Positions 11,869 to 22,571 of a stretch of 64,000 nt of DNA are shown piece by piece (the first letter of the stretch is position 1; every line of letters begins with the position of its first letter). Source of the stretch: Vairimorpha necatrix (taxonomy: Eukaryota); assembly GCA_036630325.1 (NCBI GenBank), contig CP142732.1:682001-746000 (forward strand), written 5' to 3'. Position numbers and translations under genes: made by a program. The notes under the pieces were generated by a model. The model searched no databases and was not told the origin of the DNA. It was given only the letters and a program-made list of their open reading frames with translations.

Positions 11869-12494
11869 TTTAGGGATGGAAATATTTAACACATGTTGGA
11901 TGTCATGAAATTTTCAGGAAATTATTCAAAATTTTACACTCAAAATGAATTAGCATATTACTCAAAACAAACTAGATCTAACTAATTGAAAGTTCAACAT
12001 GAACTCTTCAAATCCTAGAAGTGTTGTACTTGAGTTGTAATAATCTAATATGTTATAAGTTACACATAATTATTGGGGCAAAAGATGCCCAAGCAAAGTG
12101 GAAGACGCCTGGCCTGTGCAGATAAATTTAACATTATCCACGTAGAAGCACATGTGTTACGTATAAAAGTAAAATTATAAAAGAGTAAAGATAACAGGCT
12201 TGACATCAAATCTTTAATATGTTTAGATGCTAAGAAATATCTATTAGTAAGCCATATGCTTCTATGTATTACTATAAATACAAATCTAAGTTAATTTCAT
12301 ATGATAGAATTTATAATACAAAAAAGGCCAATGCTTAAAATGATTCTATAAACTCGCCGTACAAAGTAGAGAAAGTTTAAACATATTTCATATGCATTGA
12401 GCTACTGCTTTTTACATGTCCAAATGTTTTATACATACTAAAATTAAAGATTGTTAAACATAAATCCCGCACAAGAATAGTTCCTTATAAGATA

Positions 12495-12735
12495 TAGTAG
12501 TGACCAAATATCACAGAAAGTACATCAGGGGGTATAAATCCGACCCTACCTTGAAGCATACATCCAGTCTATTGTTTACAATAATCTAAAGTTTATCTCA
12601 TTCTAAAACGACGACGAGGATACGATCAAGAGAGGAAGAAGTGGCTATGGCGACTGTCAAAGAAATGGTGTCGTTGATTTTAGAAGTTCAAAGTTGAAAA
12701 ACATAAATAATTCCACAGAAACCACAGTCTATGGT
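12495..12735 (+). mobile_element. 3' remnant of the RLE-type non-LTR retrotransposon
   Basis: GTGACCAAATATCACAGAAAGTACATCAGG and ATAATTCCACAGAAACCA are shared with 47198-47470. Confidence 0.8.
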
Positions 12736-12869
12736 GAGTTGACCATATGTGACATATCTTTAAGTCGTACTAAAATATCTATATTAGATAAATATAATTA
12801 ACTACGTGTTTTAAGAATAATCTAAAATTTATAGAAAGTTTTCTTAAGTGCCCTTCAGCCCCCCTCTTC

Positions 12870-13724
12870 ATGAATAAGAAAGTTCTCAAAACCATAGAAC
12901 TAATCAAGAGATCTTACGCCCAGCCTCTAATATTCAATACACTGATAAATCACTTATCATTCCTCTTAGAGTCCTGTAATCCCCTCTATGAGATGACTGA
13001 TGACTGGTCTAAAATTCTAATCTACTCAGTCACTCCCAACAGAATTCCAAATCAAGGCTTAGACTCGAAAATCCTAAATTTATTAAAAAAACTAAGAAAA
13101 GACAAATTAGAAAACGAGTCAAAATTAAAAATACAAATAATCTTATACTACATGAAAAACAGAAAACTAAAATATTCTAATCATCTTATAGTCTACGAAT
13201 TAGTAACAAATTATATGGAAATTAATGACTTTTTTGATGGTCTAATTATTTCCATATTTTGTTCGTCTATAAATGCGAATTTGTTTGGTTTAGAACAAAA
13301 TCAGAAATATAGACATGATTCAGTAATACATTTACTTAAGATGATATTGAAATATAAATTAAGTGATATAAATAGATTTATAAGTTTACCACTTTTTATT
13401 CAATATGATTTACAATTTAATATTTTAGATTTTGATTTACAAAATGACTTACAGACATTTTGTAAATTAGAAAGTATTTGTTTTTTTGCAAAATTTTGTA
13501 AAAATGAAAATTTTATAAAAAAAGTCATGCCTAAAAATGAGATATTTTTGGATTTTCTTGGTAAATTTATAAATAGGGAATTTGTGATTTATAATGAGAA
13601 ATTTAAAGTTAATTTGTTATTAGAAGATAGAGAGATATTTGAAAAGATAGAAGAAGAATATAAGAAATCTAATGATCCAATTAAATTTAAAAATGATTTA
13701 CTGGATTTTATTAGTAATTTGTAA
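12870..13724 (+). CDS. Hypothetical protein
   Basis: 284-aa ORF preceded by a C-run. Confidence 0.75.
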   Translation: MNKKVLKTIELIKRSYAQPLIFNTLINHLSFLLESCNPLYEMTDDWSKILIYSVTPNRIPNQGLDSKILNLLKKLRKDKLENESKLKIQIILYYMKNRKLKYSNHLIVYELVTNYMEINDFFDGLIISIFCSSINANLFGLEQNQKYRHDSVIHLLKMILKYKLSDINRFISLPLFIQYDLQFNILDFDLQNDLQTFCKLESICFFAKFCKNENFIKKVMPKNEIFLDFLGKFINREFVIYNEKFKVNLLLEDREIFEKIEEEYKKSNDPIKFKNDLLDFISNL

Positions 13725-13971
13725 AATTAAAATAGACTAAATTATATTTTATTTAGAAAGTAAACTCTAAATTTGTTGTATCTTCCCCTAATAAAATTAA
13801 TTGTTCTAAATCTTCAGAAATTTCTTTTAAATGTTTTTCAAGTTCTTTATTTTCCATATTTTAAAAAGGGCATAAATTTGAAAGCATCAACTAATTAAAT
13901 TTAAGCTTAAAAATTTCTAAGCTTAATCTTAATTATTTATAGCTTGATTTATAAGCTTAATCTTAATGAAC

Positions 13972-14901
13972 TTAGGCTTGATTTGATGCTTGATTTATAG
14001 CTTGATTTGTGGCTTGATTTGGGGCTTGATCTTTAAGCTTATTATTTGATCCGTTTGTCTTCTCTTTGAATCCTACATATAATAATGTCCCTATAAATAC
14101 TAATCCAAATCCTATTAGTGACTCAGTCTTCACTTCTATCTTCATTATTATATCTGATACTAGAGATGATATAATATTACACACTACTGATATAATCGTC
14201 CTCTCAAATGAGTCAACATTCATTGACAAATAAACAGAAGCCTGAGTAGACAAGACATTAAAGAATATCAAAATATAAAAATAAGACACTAATAAAGCAT
14301 TAGTACTCTTATAATAACTCCTCTCTACAATAGCAGAGATCAAATTAAAAGGAATATAACAGAAATTTACAGTAAACAAATATTCCCACATAGAAGACAA
14401 ATTGTCTCTGACTTTGTGCTCAAACAAGACAGTAGACAAAGCATTAAAGAAACCAGAAGAAAGAGCAGTAAAAATAGACCAGGAAAATGTAGTCTGTTTG
14501 TCATAATAAAACTGAGTCATAATTCCCAGACTTATAAGACTTTTACCTATCCACTGCATTTTATGATATTTAGTCCTCATTAGAGAAATAGACAAGACGC
14601 TTACTATAATTATTTTACAAGAATAATAATTATTAAAAGAAACAGAAGACATTTTCATATAAATAGAAAGAAAATAAAAGATAGTAGAAGTAGTAAACCC
14701 ACATGTGATTAATAAAATGTATCTGTTGAGGTAAACAACCTTGTCCGTTCTAAAAAGAGCCAGGAGTAAATTTATACAATTTGTAAAAAAATAAATCAGC
14801 ATACCAGACTTGGTATCTTTGAGGAATAATCTGGAGATGATAATAGTAGAAGAAGTAAGTAAAATGTCAAAGAGAGAATAAGAAAGTAAGAATAAATACA
14901 T
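13972..14901 (-). CDS. Nucleotide-sugar transporter (DMT/SLC35-like)
   Basis: Multiple TM helices, KII...S and QW..K/SGF...FE patterns; C-terminal QAxN repeat; start at the ATG after CCCC. Confidence 0.7.
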   Translation of the reverse strand: MYLFLLSYSLFDILLTSSTIIISRLFLKDTKSGMLIYFFTNCINLLLALFRTDKVVYLNRYILLITCGFTTSTIFYFLSIYMKMSSVSFNNYYSCKIIIVSVLSISLMRTKYHKMQWIGKSLISLGIMTQFYYDKQTTFSWSIFTALSSGFFNALSTVLFEHKVRDNLSSMWEYLFTVNFCYIPFNLISAIVERSYYKSTNALLVSYFYILIFFNVLSTQASVYLSMNVDSFERTIISVVCNIISSLVSDIIMKIEVKTESLIGFGLVFIGTLLYVGFKEKTNGSNNKLKDQAPNQATNQAINQASNQA

Positions 14902-15003
14902 TAAATGGGGAGGAAAAAAAAACAAACAAAAAAACGCCTTTAATTAAAGGAATATGAAAAAACTTGATAAATTTGACACGTGGGCAATAAATAAAAAAAG
15001 GAT

Positions 15004-15076
15004 CACTTCGGGCGGGACTCGAACCCGCAATCTTCTGCTTAGAAGGCAGACGCGTTAGCCATTACGCTACCGAAGC
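15004..15076 (-). tRNA. tRNA-Arg(TCT)
   Basis: Cloverleaf: acceptor GCTTCGG/CCGAAGT, anticodon arm TCTGC-CT TCT AA-GCAGA, T-loop GGTTCGAGTCC, downstream T-run. Confidence 0.96.
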
Positions 15077-15109
15077 TCAGAAGAACGAAATATATTGTAT
15101 CTAATATTT

Positions 15110-15362
15110 AAACATTGCACTATGGAAATCCATACTATAAAAATTTATACTATAGAAATTTATACTATAGAAATTCAAATAATACTATATTAAACGTGGT
15201 AATATAGAAATTCAAACATAGCAAAAACATGCATTATAGGAAACATGGTAATATAGAAATTTATACTATAGAGATTCAAACATGGCATTTTAGAAATTCA
15301 AACATAATTCATTTAAAATATAATAGACATGGTAATATAGAAATTAAAACATAATTCATTCA
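15110..15362. repeat. Degenerate tandem repeats (ATACTATAGAAATT and ACATGGTAATATAGAAATT)
   Basis: Repeated units between the tRNA and gamma-tubulin. Confidence 0.65.
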
Positions 15363-15379
15363 AAATTTAACCCCTTAAG

Positions 15380-16681
15380 ATGCGCGAAATTATTACTTTG
15401 CAAATTGGCCAATGTGGAAATCAAATGGCCACAGAATTCTGGAAGACAATTTTAAACGAACACAATATAAATAGTGAAGGATCTCTCATTTCTAATACAG
15501 ATCTAAACGACAGAAAAGACATCTTCTTCTACGAATCAGATGATAACAAATTTATTCCCAGATCAATCTTAATCGACTTGGAACCTCGTGTCTTGTCCCA
15601 ATTGTCGCCACTTTTCAACAGGGAAAACATTTTCATGCCTAACGAAGGAGGTGGCGCCGGAAATAACTGGGCCCATGGATTCTTTGTAGGCCAAAAACAT
15701 AAAGAAGAAGCACTAGAAATAGTAAGAAGAGAAGCTGAAGGATGTGACGCACTAGAAGGGTTTTTTATGTGTCATTCTATTGCAGGTGGAACAGGCTCAG
15801 GATTCGGGTCAATGATCATGCAGGAATTAAAAGACGAATATCCTAAAAATTATACACAAACTTACTCAATATTCCCGAATAACGAAGAATCTTCTGATGT
15901 GGTCGTCCAGCCTTACAACTCAATTTTGACTTTACAAAGGCTTTATGAATTCTCAGACAGTGTCATCGTCATGGACAACACAGCTCTAGGGAAATTGACC
16001 CTTGATTCTTTGAGAATTGATACGCCGACTTTTCAACATATTAATTCTTTAATATCTACAATAATAAGTGCATCTACGAGTACAATGCGCTTTCCTGGGT
16101 ATACTTTTGCAGACTACCCATCTTTATATTCTTCATTGATACCTTTTAAAAATTTAAAATTTTTAGTCCCGTCTTATACGCCTTTTACAATCGAAACACT
16201 AAGCAAAATCGTCCGGAAAACTTCTTGTGGAGATGTCATGCGTCGTCTATTGTCGTCTAAAACGAGATTGGCGACTTTCGAATCTTACAAATCCACTTCT
16301 GCTATCTCTGTCCTTAACATTTTGTATGGTGTCGAAGACACCACTGAAATCCACAAGTCAGTTATGAAAATCATGGACAGAAAACTAATTAATTTTGTGC
16401 CATCTATGGAACCAATCTTCAATATCGCCCTTTCTAAGCAACCAAGTGTTTTATCAAAAGTATCGGGACTTGGATTGATAAATTCTACAGGTATTTCTCA
16501 TTTATTTAATAAAATCATAGGGCAATTTGATAAATTAAGAAAACAAAAAGCTTTTATGGATATTTATAAGAAATATGGAATAGAAGTTGAAAACTTTGAT
16601 GAATGTAGAGAAAATTTAGTGAAAATATCTGAAGAATACAGTGCGACAGAACTGGTAAATTTTAATAGGCCCGAAATGTAA
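15380..16681 (+). CDS. TUB4: Gamma-tubulin
   Basis: MREIITLQIGQCGNQ, GGGAGNNWA, GGTGSG and SSDVVVQPYNS signatures. Confidence 0.96.
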   Translation: MREIITLQIGQCGNQMATEFWKTILNEHNINSEGSLISNTDLNDRKDIFFYESDDNKFIPRSILIDLEPRVLSQLSPLFNRENIFMPNEGGGAGNNWAHGFFVGQKHKEEALEIVRREAEGCDALEGFFMCHSIAGGTGSGFGSMIMQELKDEYPKNYTQTYSIFPNNEESSDVVVQPYNSILTLQRLYEFSDSVIVMDNTALGKLTLDSLRIDTPTFQHINSLISTIISASTSTMRFPGYTFADYPSLYSSLIPFKNLKFLVPSYTPFTIETLSKIVRKTSCGDVMRRLLSSKTRLATFESYKSTSAISVLNILYGVEDTTEIHKSVMKIMDRKLINFVPSMEPIFNIALSKQPSVLSKVSGLGLINSTGISHLFNKIIGQFDKLRKQKAFMDIYKKYGIEVENFDECRENLVKISEEYSATELVNFNRPEM

Positions 16682-16884
16682 TAAAAAAAAATAATTTAAA
16701 TTAAAAAAGTATATGAATATAAGAATGAACTTTCATTGCGTAAGGAAAAATTTAATTTCAAATAAAATAGTGCAAATTTCTCTTTAAAACAAATATAACA
16801 TTCTATGTGCAGTTTTAAGTTCGAAATATCATTAAAATTAAACTAACAATCTAATTTGAAAATTTTCAAAAATTTTATTTTTTT

Positions 16885-17376
16885 TTAAATGTACCTACTA
16901 AAATTTTTTGATGCATTATTAATTACAGAAGCCAATCCTTTTGGTACTTTCATACCTTCAGTAGATTCAAAACTTCTCTTTGGTAATAATTCCAACATTT
17001 TCTCAGATTTATTTTCTGCAATAATTCCTTCGTACACAAAAATATCTACAAGTAAGAAAATTACATCGTATTTTTTATGAATTTTTTCTTTAGTAAATTT
17101 CGAAAGAACTTGTTTTAAAGCCAAAATGAATTCTTCAAAAGCTTGTCCTAAAAATATTTCATTATTATTAATATTAGAAACAAGAATACAAATTAGATCT
17201 TGTTCTTTTTTACAAAAAACAAGATAATCTTCAAATATAAAAATGGGATCTCTGTCTGTTGAACATTTTTTCATTATTTCTTCCAATTTTTCATTTTCAA
17301 TATTAAAAACTTTTTTTATTAGCGAATTTCCTTTAAAATCTGAAATTACTAAAGCGTAAACATCGATTAAATTCAT
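16885..17376 (-). CDS. Coatomer zeta / clathrin adaptor small-chain (longin) protein
   Basis: Longin-like pattern, NEI.L and YD..FLLVD....GII.E motifs. Confidence 0.7.
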   Translation of the reverse strand: MNLIDVYALVISDFKGNSLIKKVFNIENEKLEEIMKKCSTDRDPIFIFEDYLVFCKKEQDLICILVSNINNNEIFLGQAFEEFILALKQVLSKFTKEKIHKKYDVIFLLVDIFVYEGIIAENKSEKMLELLPKRSFESTEGMKVPKGLASVINNASKNFSRYI

Positions 17377-17403
17377 AAAAGGGGGCTTAAAAAAATATAA
17401 AAT

Positions 17404-17934
17404 TTATTCCCACCATGTAAGTGGACCAAGTCCCGACTCATTCAAACTCGCCAACATGATTTTATTTTCTTCATCATATTTTATAACTTTAAATTTGATT
17501 TTTTCACCAGTTTTAATAAAAAATCTATTATTTTTATAATTCCAGACCCATGACAATTTTTTATTTTTTTTTTCGTCGTAAATGTAAGTAATTTCAGAAT
17601 TGTCTGGTAAATTTTCTATTGGAACATAAATTTTATCATAAAAAAAGATAGAAATAAATAAACCTGTTTCGTTTTGGAGAAAAACTGTGCCTTCTAAGAT
17701 TTCGTCTCTTAGAAATCTATAAAAAATTATATTAAAATGTATTTTGTATAAAATGTAATCTTCTACACATTTCTTTTCTAATATTTGATAATTGTTTTTA
17801 ATGAATATTCCTAGACCCACTTCTGGTACAAATTTGTTTCTATATTTTAAAGTTAAAATGTTTTGGATAGATTTATCGGTTTTAGAAGAAAAGTAAATTT
17901 TTAAAGAATCTTCGAGTTTTGACTCAACGAACAT
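17404..17934 (-). CDS. RPC25: RNA polymerase III subunit C25 (RPC8)
   Basis: KY.NK.VPEVGL.I and C-terminal ESGLGPLTWWE motifs. Confidence 0.88.
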   Translation of the reverse strand: MFVESKLEDSLKIYFSSKTDKSIQNILTLKYRNKFVPEVGLGIFIKNNYQILEKKCVEDYILYKIHFNIIFYRFLRDEILEGTVFLQNETGLFISIFFYDKIYVPIENLPDNSEITYIYDEKKNKKLSWVWNYKNNRFFIKTGEKIKFKVIKYDEENKIMLASLNESGLGPLTWWE

Positions 17935-18305
17935 GAGGCCAAAAAATAGCAAAAAAACAAGTACAGAAATTAAACTTTTTAAAAAAAATTTGGAATTTTA
18001 TTTTAGAGCTAAATATTGATAAATTCTTTAAGTTGTATTGTTTTATTATACAAGATACATTCCATAAAGCCTTTTTGTAATTTAAATATGCCATATTTGG
18101 ATTATCTTATGGGTAAACTATAAAATAACAGACTGACATTTGACATGTGAATTAAAAACTCAAACAAAATCACAGCTAAGTCTATTTACCCACTAAATCT
18201 ATGCTTAACAAAATTTGACAAGTTTTTATTTTCAACTACATTTTTTTTGTGTAATTATAATAGCAAAAATCTTCCGAATATTTTTAGATAAATTTCCTCC
18301 CTAAA

Positions 18306-19522
18306 ATGGTATCGATCAAAGGACCAAGAAGCGCTTTAACTGATTTTATAGACGAACATGGAATAAAAATCAATAAATTGAAAAATAAACCACAAGAAAT
18401 AAAAAAAGAAAAAGCACAAACCAAAAGAAAAATTATAAACAAAACACATAAAAAATCTAAGCCTTTTGAACTTGCGAGTAAAAACAACCACTCTAAATCT
18501 CTACAAAATATTTTAATACGAAAAATTTTACAAAATGTAAATTTTTACAAATTAGAAGATAAACATTTAGAAATGATTTCATCATTTTTAAGTACAAATA
18601 GATCAAATAATACAGAATTAATTAATATTATAATTAATAAATACAAAGAAATAATAACAATCTACGATTGTTCAATGATAAAAGAAGAAGATTATAAATT
18701 AAAAATTTTAAAATAAAAAATTTGTCATTGCACCAATGTGGGCAATTGACAAATTACAAATTTACAGAAATAATAAAAAACATGGAAAATTTAGAAATTT
18801 TACGCATTACTGGGGCGTATTTATTGACTGAAATAAATTTACCGAGTAAATTAAAAATTTTAGATTTAAGTAATTGTAACAGATTGACGAATTCAATAAT
18901 ACAAGAACTAAATAGAAAATATAAAACATTAGAAGAATTGAAATTATCTTATTGTTATAAAATTTCACATGAAGTGAAATTAAAAACACATGTAAAAAGG
19001 CTCTTTTTAGAAGAAACTAGAATCCATGAAAATTTTTATCATGTGCAAAATTTGACAGCTTTGTCATTAAAAAACTGTGTTTTAATCGACAGCTTATGTG
19101 AAAAATATGCTAATTTGGAATATTTAGATTTAGAAAATATAACAACTATAAAAAATATAAATGTAGGAAATAAATTAAAACATCTTAATATACAAAGATG
19201 TTATAATTTAGTAGGCTGGATCAAAGAAAATAAATCTAAATTGACTAATTTAGAATATTTAAATATTTCGTATTTAGAAATTAAAGATATGGATTTTTTA
19301 GTTGAGCTTAAAAATCTTAAAGAAATAAATTTGTCCTGGTGCGACAATGTGACTGATAACTTGCTAATTGAACTTATAAAAAATACAAATATAGAGAAAA
19401 TTAGTGTTTTCGGGTGTTTTAATTTAACATTGGAAAGTGTAAAAATTTCTTATAAATTTAAAGATAAAGTTCTTGTGCTTGGTAATCACGCGGAAACTAA
19501 ATTTTTAATACAAAATATATAA
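18306..19522 (+). CDS. RAD7: Rad7-like leucine-rich-repeat protein with a frameshift near 18715
   Basis: N-terminal IKGPRSALTDFI, IYDCS, LHQCGQ, then LRRs ending in VFGC; two ORFs in different frames joined at an A-rich run. Confidence 0.75.
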
Positions 19523-19622
19523 AAGTAAAAAAAAATATTGTCTGGTAATAAATAAATGATTTATTTTACATGATCAATCTGTTTATTAAAATTAGTTAAT
19601 ATTGTTTTTTATTAATATAATT

Positions 19623-21503
19623 TTAAGATTTATTTTCTAAAATTTTTTTCTTGCTAATTTCTTTTTTTATAAAATCAAGTATTTGGTCTTTACTGTCATT
19701 TTGAAGCTCTTGAATCAAAATATAAAATGAATAATAAGGATCCAATGATATTAAATATTTAATACATTTTCTAGAACTTACCAAGTCATATAAATCACAA
19801 ACAGATATAAAAAGTCTCCTGAAATTTTCTTTGGTAAATTTAAAATTTTTTATAAGTGAACCAACAAATTCTAAATACGCGTCATATTTAACATTATCAA
19901 TTTCTTTGAAATTTTTTTTTTTGAATCTTTTTAGTAAAAAATTATATAAATCTGACTCTAGTAATCTCTTCTGGTAAAATGACTCGCTTTTTTCAATAAT
20001 GACTTTTAACAAATTCAAAACTGAGACAATTTCTTCCTCTTCTGGTAAAATTGAAATCTCTTCCCACAATTTTACAAGCATCGGTAGTAAAATTTTTCTA
20101 TCTTTTTCTACATTATTAAGTTTTTTAATAATATCTTGAATTATATCATATTTGATAGATCTAATCTTACTAGAATCTAGGTCAAAGTATAAAATCTTGT
20201 TAAAAATGTGTATTAATGTATCTTCATCGGTTTCTTTCAATATTTTGACAAGTTTCAAAATTAAAAATCCAACATTTTCTTGTTTAATTTTATGTAAAAG
20301 TTTTAGCACTACATCCCGTACGAGTGATAGATCGAGATCTTCGTTTAAATCTAATGCTGTGAAACAGGCATTTAAAATGTTTTCGATTTCGTGCTCGAAA
20401 TTAAAAATAATTTTTTTAGAGGTTAAATTATTTTGGTAAATCGCAGATTTTTTGTTGCGTTTGAAAATTATGTCCATTTCATTAAAAAGATGTTCTTCTA
20501 TTTGATTTTTATATCTTAAAGATATGCCTATAAGGTCATATATTCTGCTAATTTCAACATTCAAACATGGTTGTTTAAGATACAACAAAAAGACATCGAA
20601 CTCGAAAATGGGCTCGCTTAACCTTTCTAAAAAAATTTTCACTGTCTCGGGTTCATTAATTTTTATTATTTCTTTAATTGTTAGTTCATTAACAGGCATA
20701 AGTTCCCATATTGGCTCCTCTACAGAATAATTGGCTTGTATGGCTTCTATAAGATTCGCCATCTCTTTATTTTTTCTATACAAGTTAGTTAAACATTTCC
20801 ATAATTCGTTGTCTAATATAAATTTCTTTTTTCTTATCATTTCTTCTATGACTTTAAACTCTACTGTACCTTCTTTATGAGATATTTGGTTGTATTCAAT
20901 CTTCAGTTTTAGATCTTTATTGACTTTTTCATACTCCTCTATTGTCAAATCGATGTCATTGAGAATTAAATTTTGTAAAAAGAAAACTGACCGCGAATCT
21001 GTAAAAAATTTTCTACATAACCAACTTGTTGCTACTAGTTTATCTCTCTCTATTTTAATCAGTATCTCGTACATTATTTCTAATCCTTGGTCGGATATAT
21101 AAAAATCTTTTTTTAGTAGATAATTAATAACGGAAATAATGTCTTCATGAATTTTACAATTATCTTGACATTTAAGCAAAGATAAATAAAAAGATAAAAT
21201 TCCAGGAAGAAATTTCTGTAGAATTTTATGATTTAAAGTAGAAATTACAAATCTGTGTTTGTAAAAATTTGGTTCATTTTGGGCTAAGTGGATTATAAAA
21301 GCTATTAATTCCATTTTTAAAGTATTTATAGGATAGTCATCATAATTTTTAATGAGTGGTTTTTGTATAAATAAAATATTATTGTACATAGACATATCAA
21401 GATTAATATTTAGTTTATTTTCATATAGAACATCTAAAATGTCATCTAACAAATTTTTCTTATTTTTTTTATTTATCAAACTTAGAATCTTCTGTTCAAT
21501 CAT
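19623..21503 (-). CDS. Helical-repeat protein, possibly TTI1-like
   Basis: 626-aa ORF; FLPGILS and LLPMLVKLW resemble Tti1 motifs (from recall only). Confidence 0.55.
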   Translation of the reverse strand: MIEQKILSLINKKNKKNLLDDILDVLYENKLNINLDMSMYNNILFIQKPLIKNYDDYPINTLKMELIAFIIHLAQNEPNFYKHRFVISTLNHKILQKFLPGILSFYLSLLKCQDNCKIHEDIISVINYLLKKDFYISDQGLEIMYEILIKIERDKLVATSWLCRKFFTDSRSVFFLQNLILNDIDLTIEEYEKVNKDLKLKIEYNQISHKEGTVEFKVIEEMIRKKKFILDNELWKCLTNLYRKNKEMANLIEAIQANYSVEEPIWELMPVNELTIKEIIKINEPETVKIFLERLSEPIFEFDVFLLYLKQPCLNVEISRIYDLIGISLRYKNQIEEHLFNEMDIIFKRNKKSAIYQNNLTSKKIIFNFEHEIENILNACFTALDLNEDLDLSLVRDVVLKLLHKIKQENVGFLILKLVKILKETDEDTLIHIFNKILYFDLDSSKIRSIKYDIIQDIIKKLNNVEKDRKILLPMLVKLWEEISILPEEEEIVSVLNLLKVIIEKSESFYQKRLLESDLYNFLLKRFKKKNFKEIDNVKYDAYLEFVGSLIKNFKFTKENFRRLFISVCDLYDLVSSRKCIKYLISLDPYYSFYILIQELQNDSKDQILDFIKKEISKKKILENKS

Positions 21504-21519
21504 AGGGACAAAACAGAAA

Positions 21520-22419
21520 TTAAAAAAAATTCATTTTCTTTTTAGAACAAATCCAAGAGTCCAAAATTCTAAATGACTCATTTAAAACATTTGGATTCTC
21601 AATCACATCTTTTAATTTGATCAAATATGTTTTCTCGAAATTATCTAGAGAATTTGGATCAATAGGCAGAGAAAGCAAAGTAGTCGCAGGATGCACACAA
21701 AAAGGCATTTTTATCAAATGAATCAAAGATTTTGTAACTTCCTGATCGATTTTAAGGAACATTTTGTCATATAAAATTTTTATATGTTTTGAAAATATTT
21801 TTCTATCGTCCAAATCTTCTTTTTTTATAAATCCTTGATTAAAAAGATATATTTTGTATTTCAATAATATTCTAGTATATTTGTCATTGTACATGTTAGA
21901 TTTAGTTACTTTATCAATATAACTGACAATATGACTTCTAATTTCTTCTGTAAAATTTAATGTAAAAAAATCATTTACCCAGCAATGTAAACCTCGTCGA
22001 CCCGAAAAAACAAAAGAAAGGCTAGTAAACCCCAGTTCATTTTTTAAAATGTAATCTAAAAGTTCTACAGATACTTTTATTAGAGGTATACATTTTTCAC
22101 AAATATTTTTATCAAGACAACATTTTCTTTCATAGTCAGTTAAGTCGATATCAAAGACAAGTTCTTTTTGTAGAACATTTTTTATTTTATTTTTTTCTGG
22201 TTTTACGTCGTAAATTCCACCTACGTCGATTTTTTCAATTTGAAGATCGCGAAGTTTATTATTGAATTCTGTTAGAGTATTAAATGTTTGGTATCTTAAA
22301 AATATGTCTCCTTTGATTGTAAAAGAAAGTTCTCTTTTTTCATTGATTTTTAACCATTTAAAGATTTTTTCAGAAGGAAAAAACTTTTCATAATATATTT
22401 TTGTATTTGAAGAATCCAT
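21520..22419 (-). CDS. PRI1: DNA primase small (catalytic) subunit
   Basis: KELVFDIDLTDY, FSGRRGLHCW and KMPFCVHPAT motifs. Confidence 0.96.
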   Translation of the reverse strand: MDSSNTKIYYEKFFPSEKIFKWLKINEKRELSFTIKGDIFLRYQTFNTLTEFNNKLRDLQIEKIDVGGIYDVKPEKNKIKNVLQKELVFDIDLTDYERKCCLDKNICEKCIPLIKVSVELLDYILKNELGFTSLSFVFSGRRGLHCWVNDFFTLNFTEEIRSHIVSYIDKVTKSNMYNDKYTRILLKYKIYLFNQGFIKKEDLDDRKIFSKHIKILYDKMFLKIDQEVTKSLIHLIKMPFCVHPATTLLSLPIDPNSLDNFEKTYLIKLKDVIENPNVLNESFRILDSWICSKKKMNFF

Positions 22420-22571
22420 AAGGGTAAAATTCGAGATTTAATTTGCTCAAGAATTATTAAAGCTTTAAAAAACTCGGGAAGATTTGGCAAAAAATTTTAT
22501 TAGAAGGAATTTTTTATGATTTAAAAAAATTTTTTTTTTTGATATTTCATAATATAATGTTTTATTAGATC

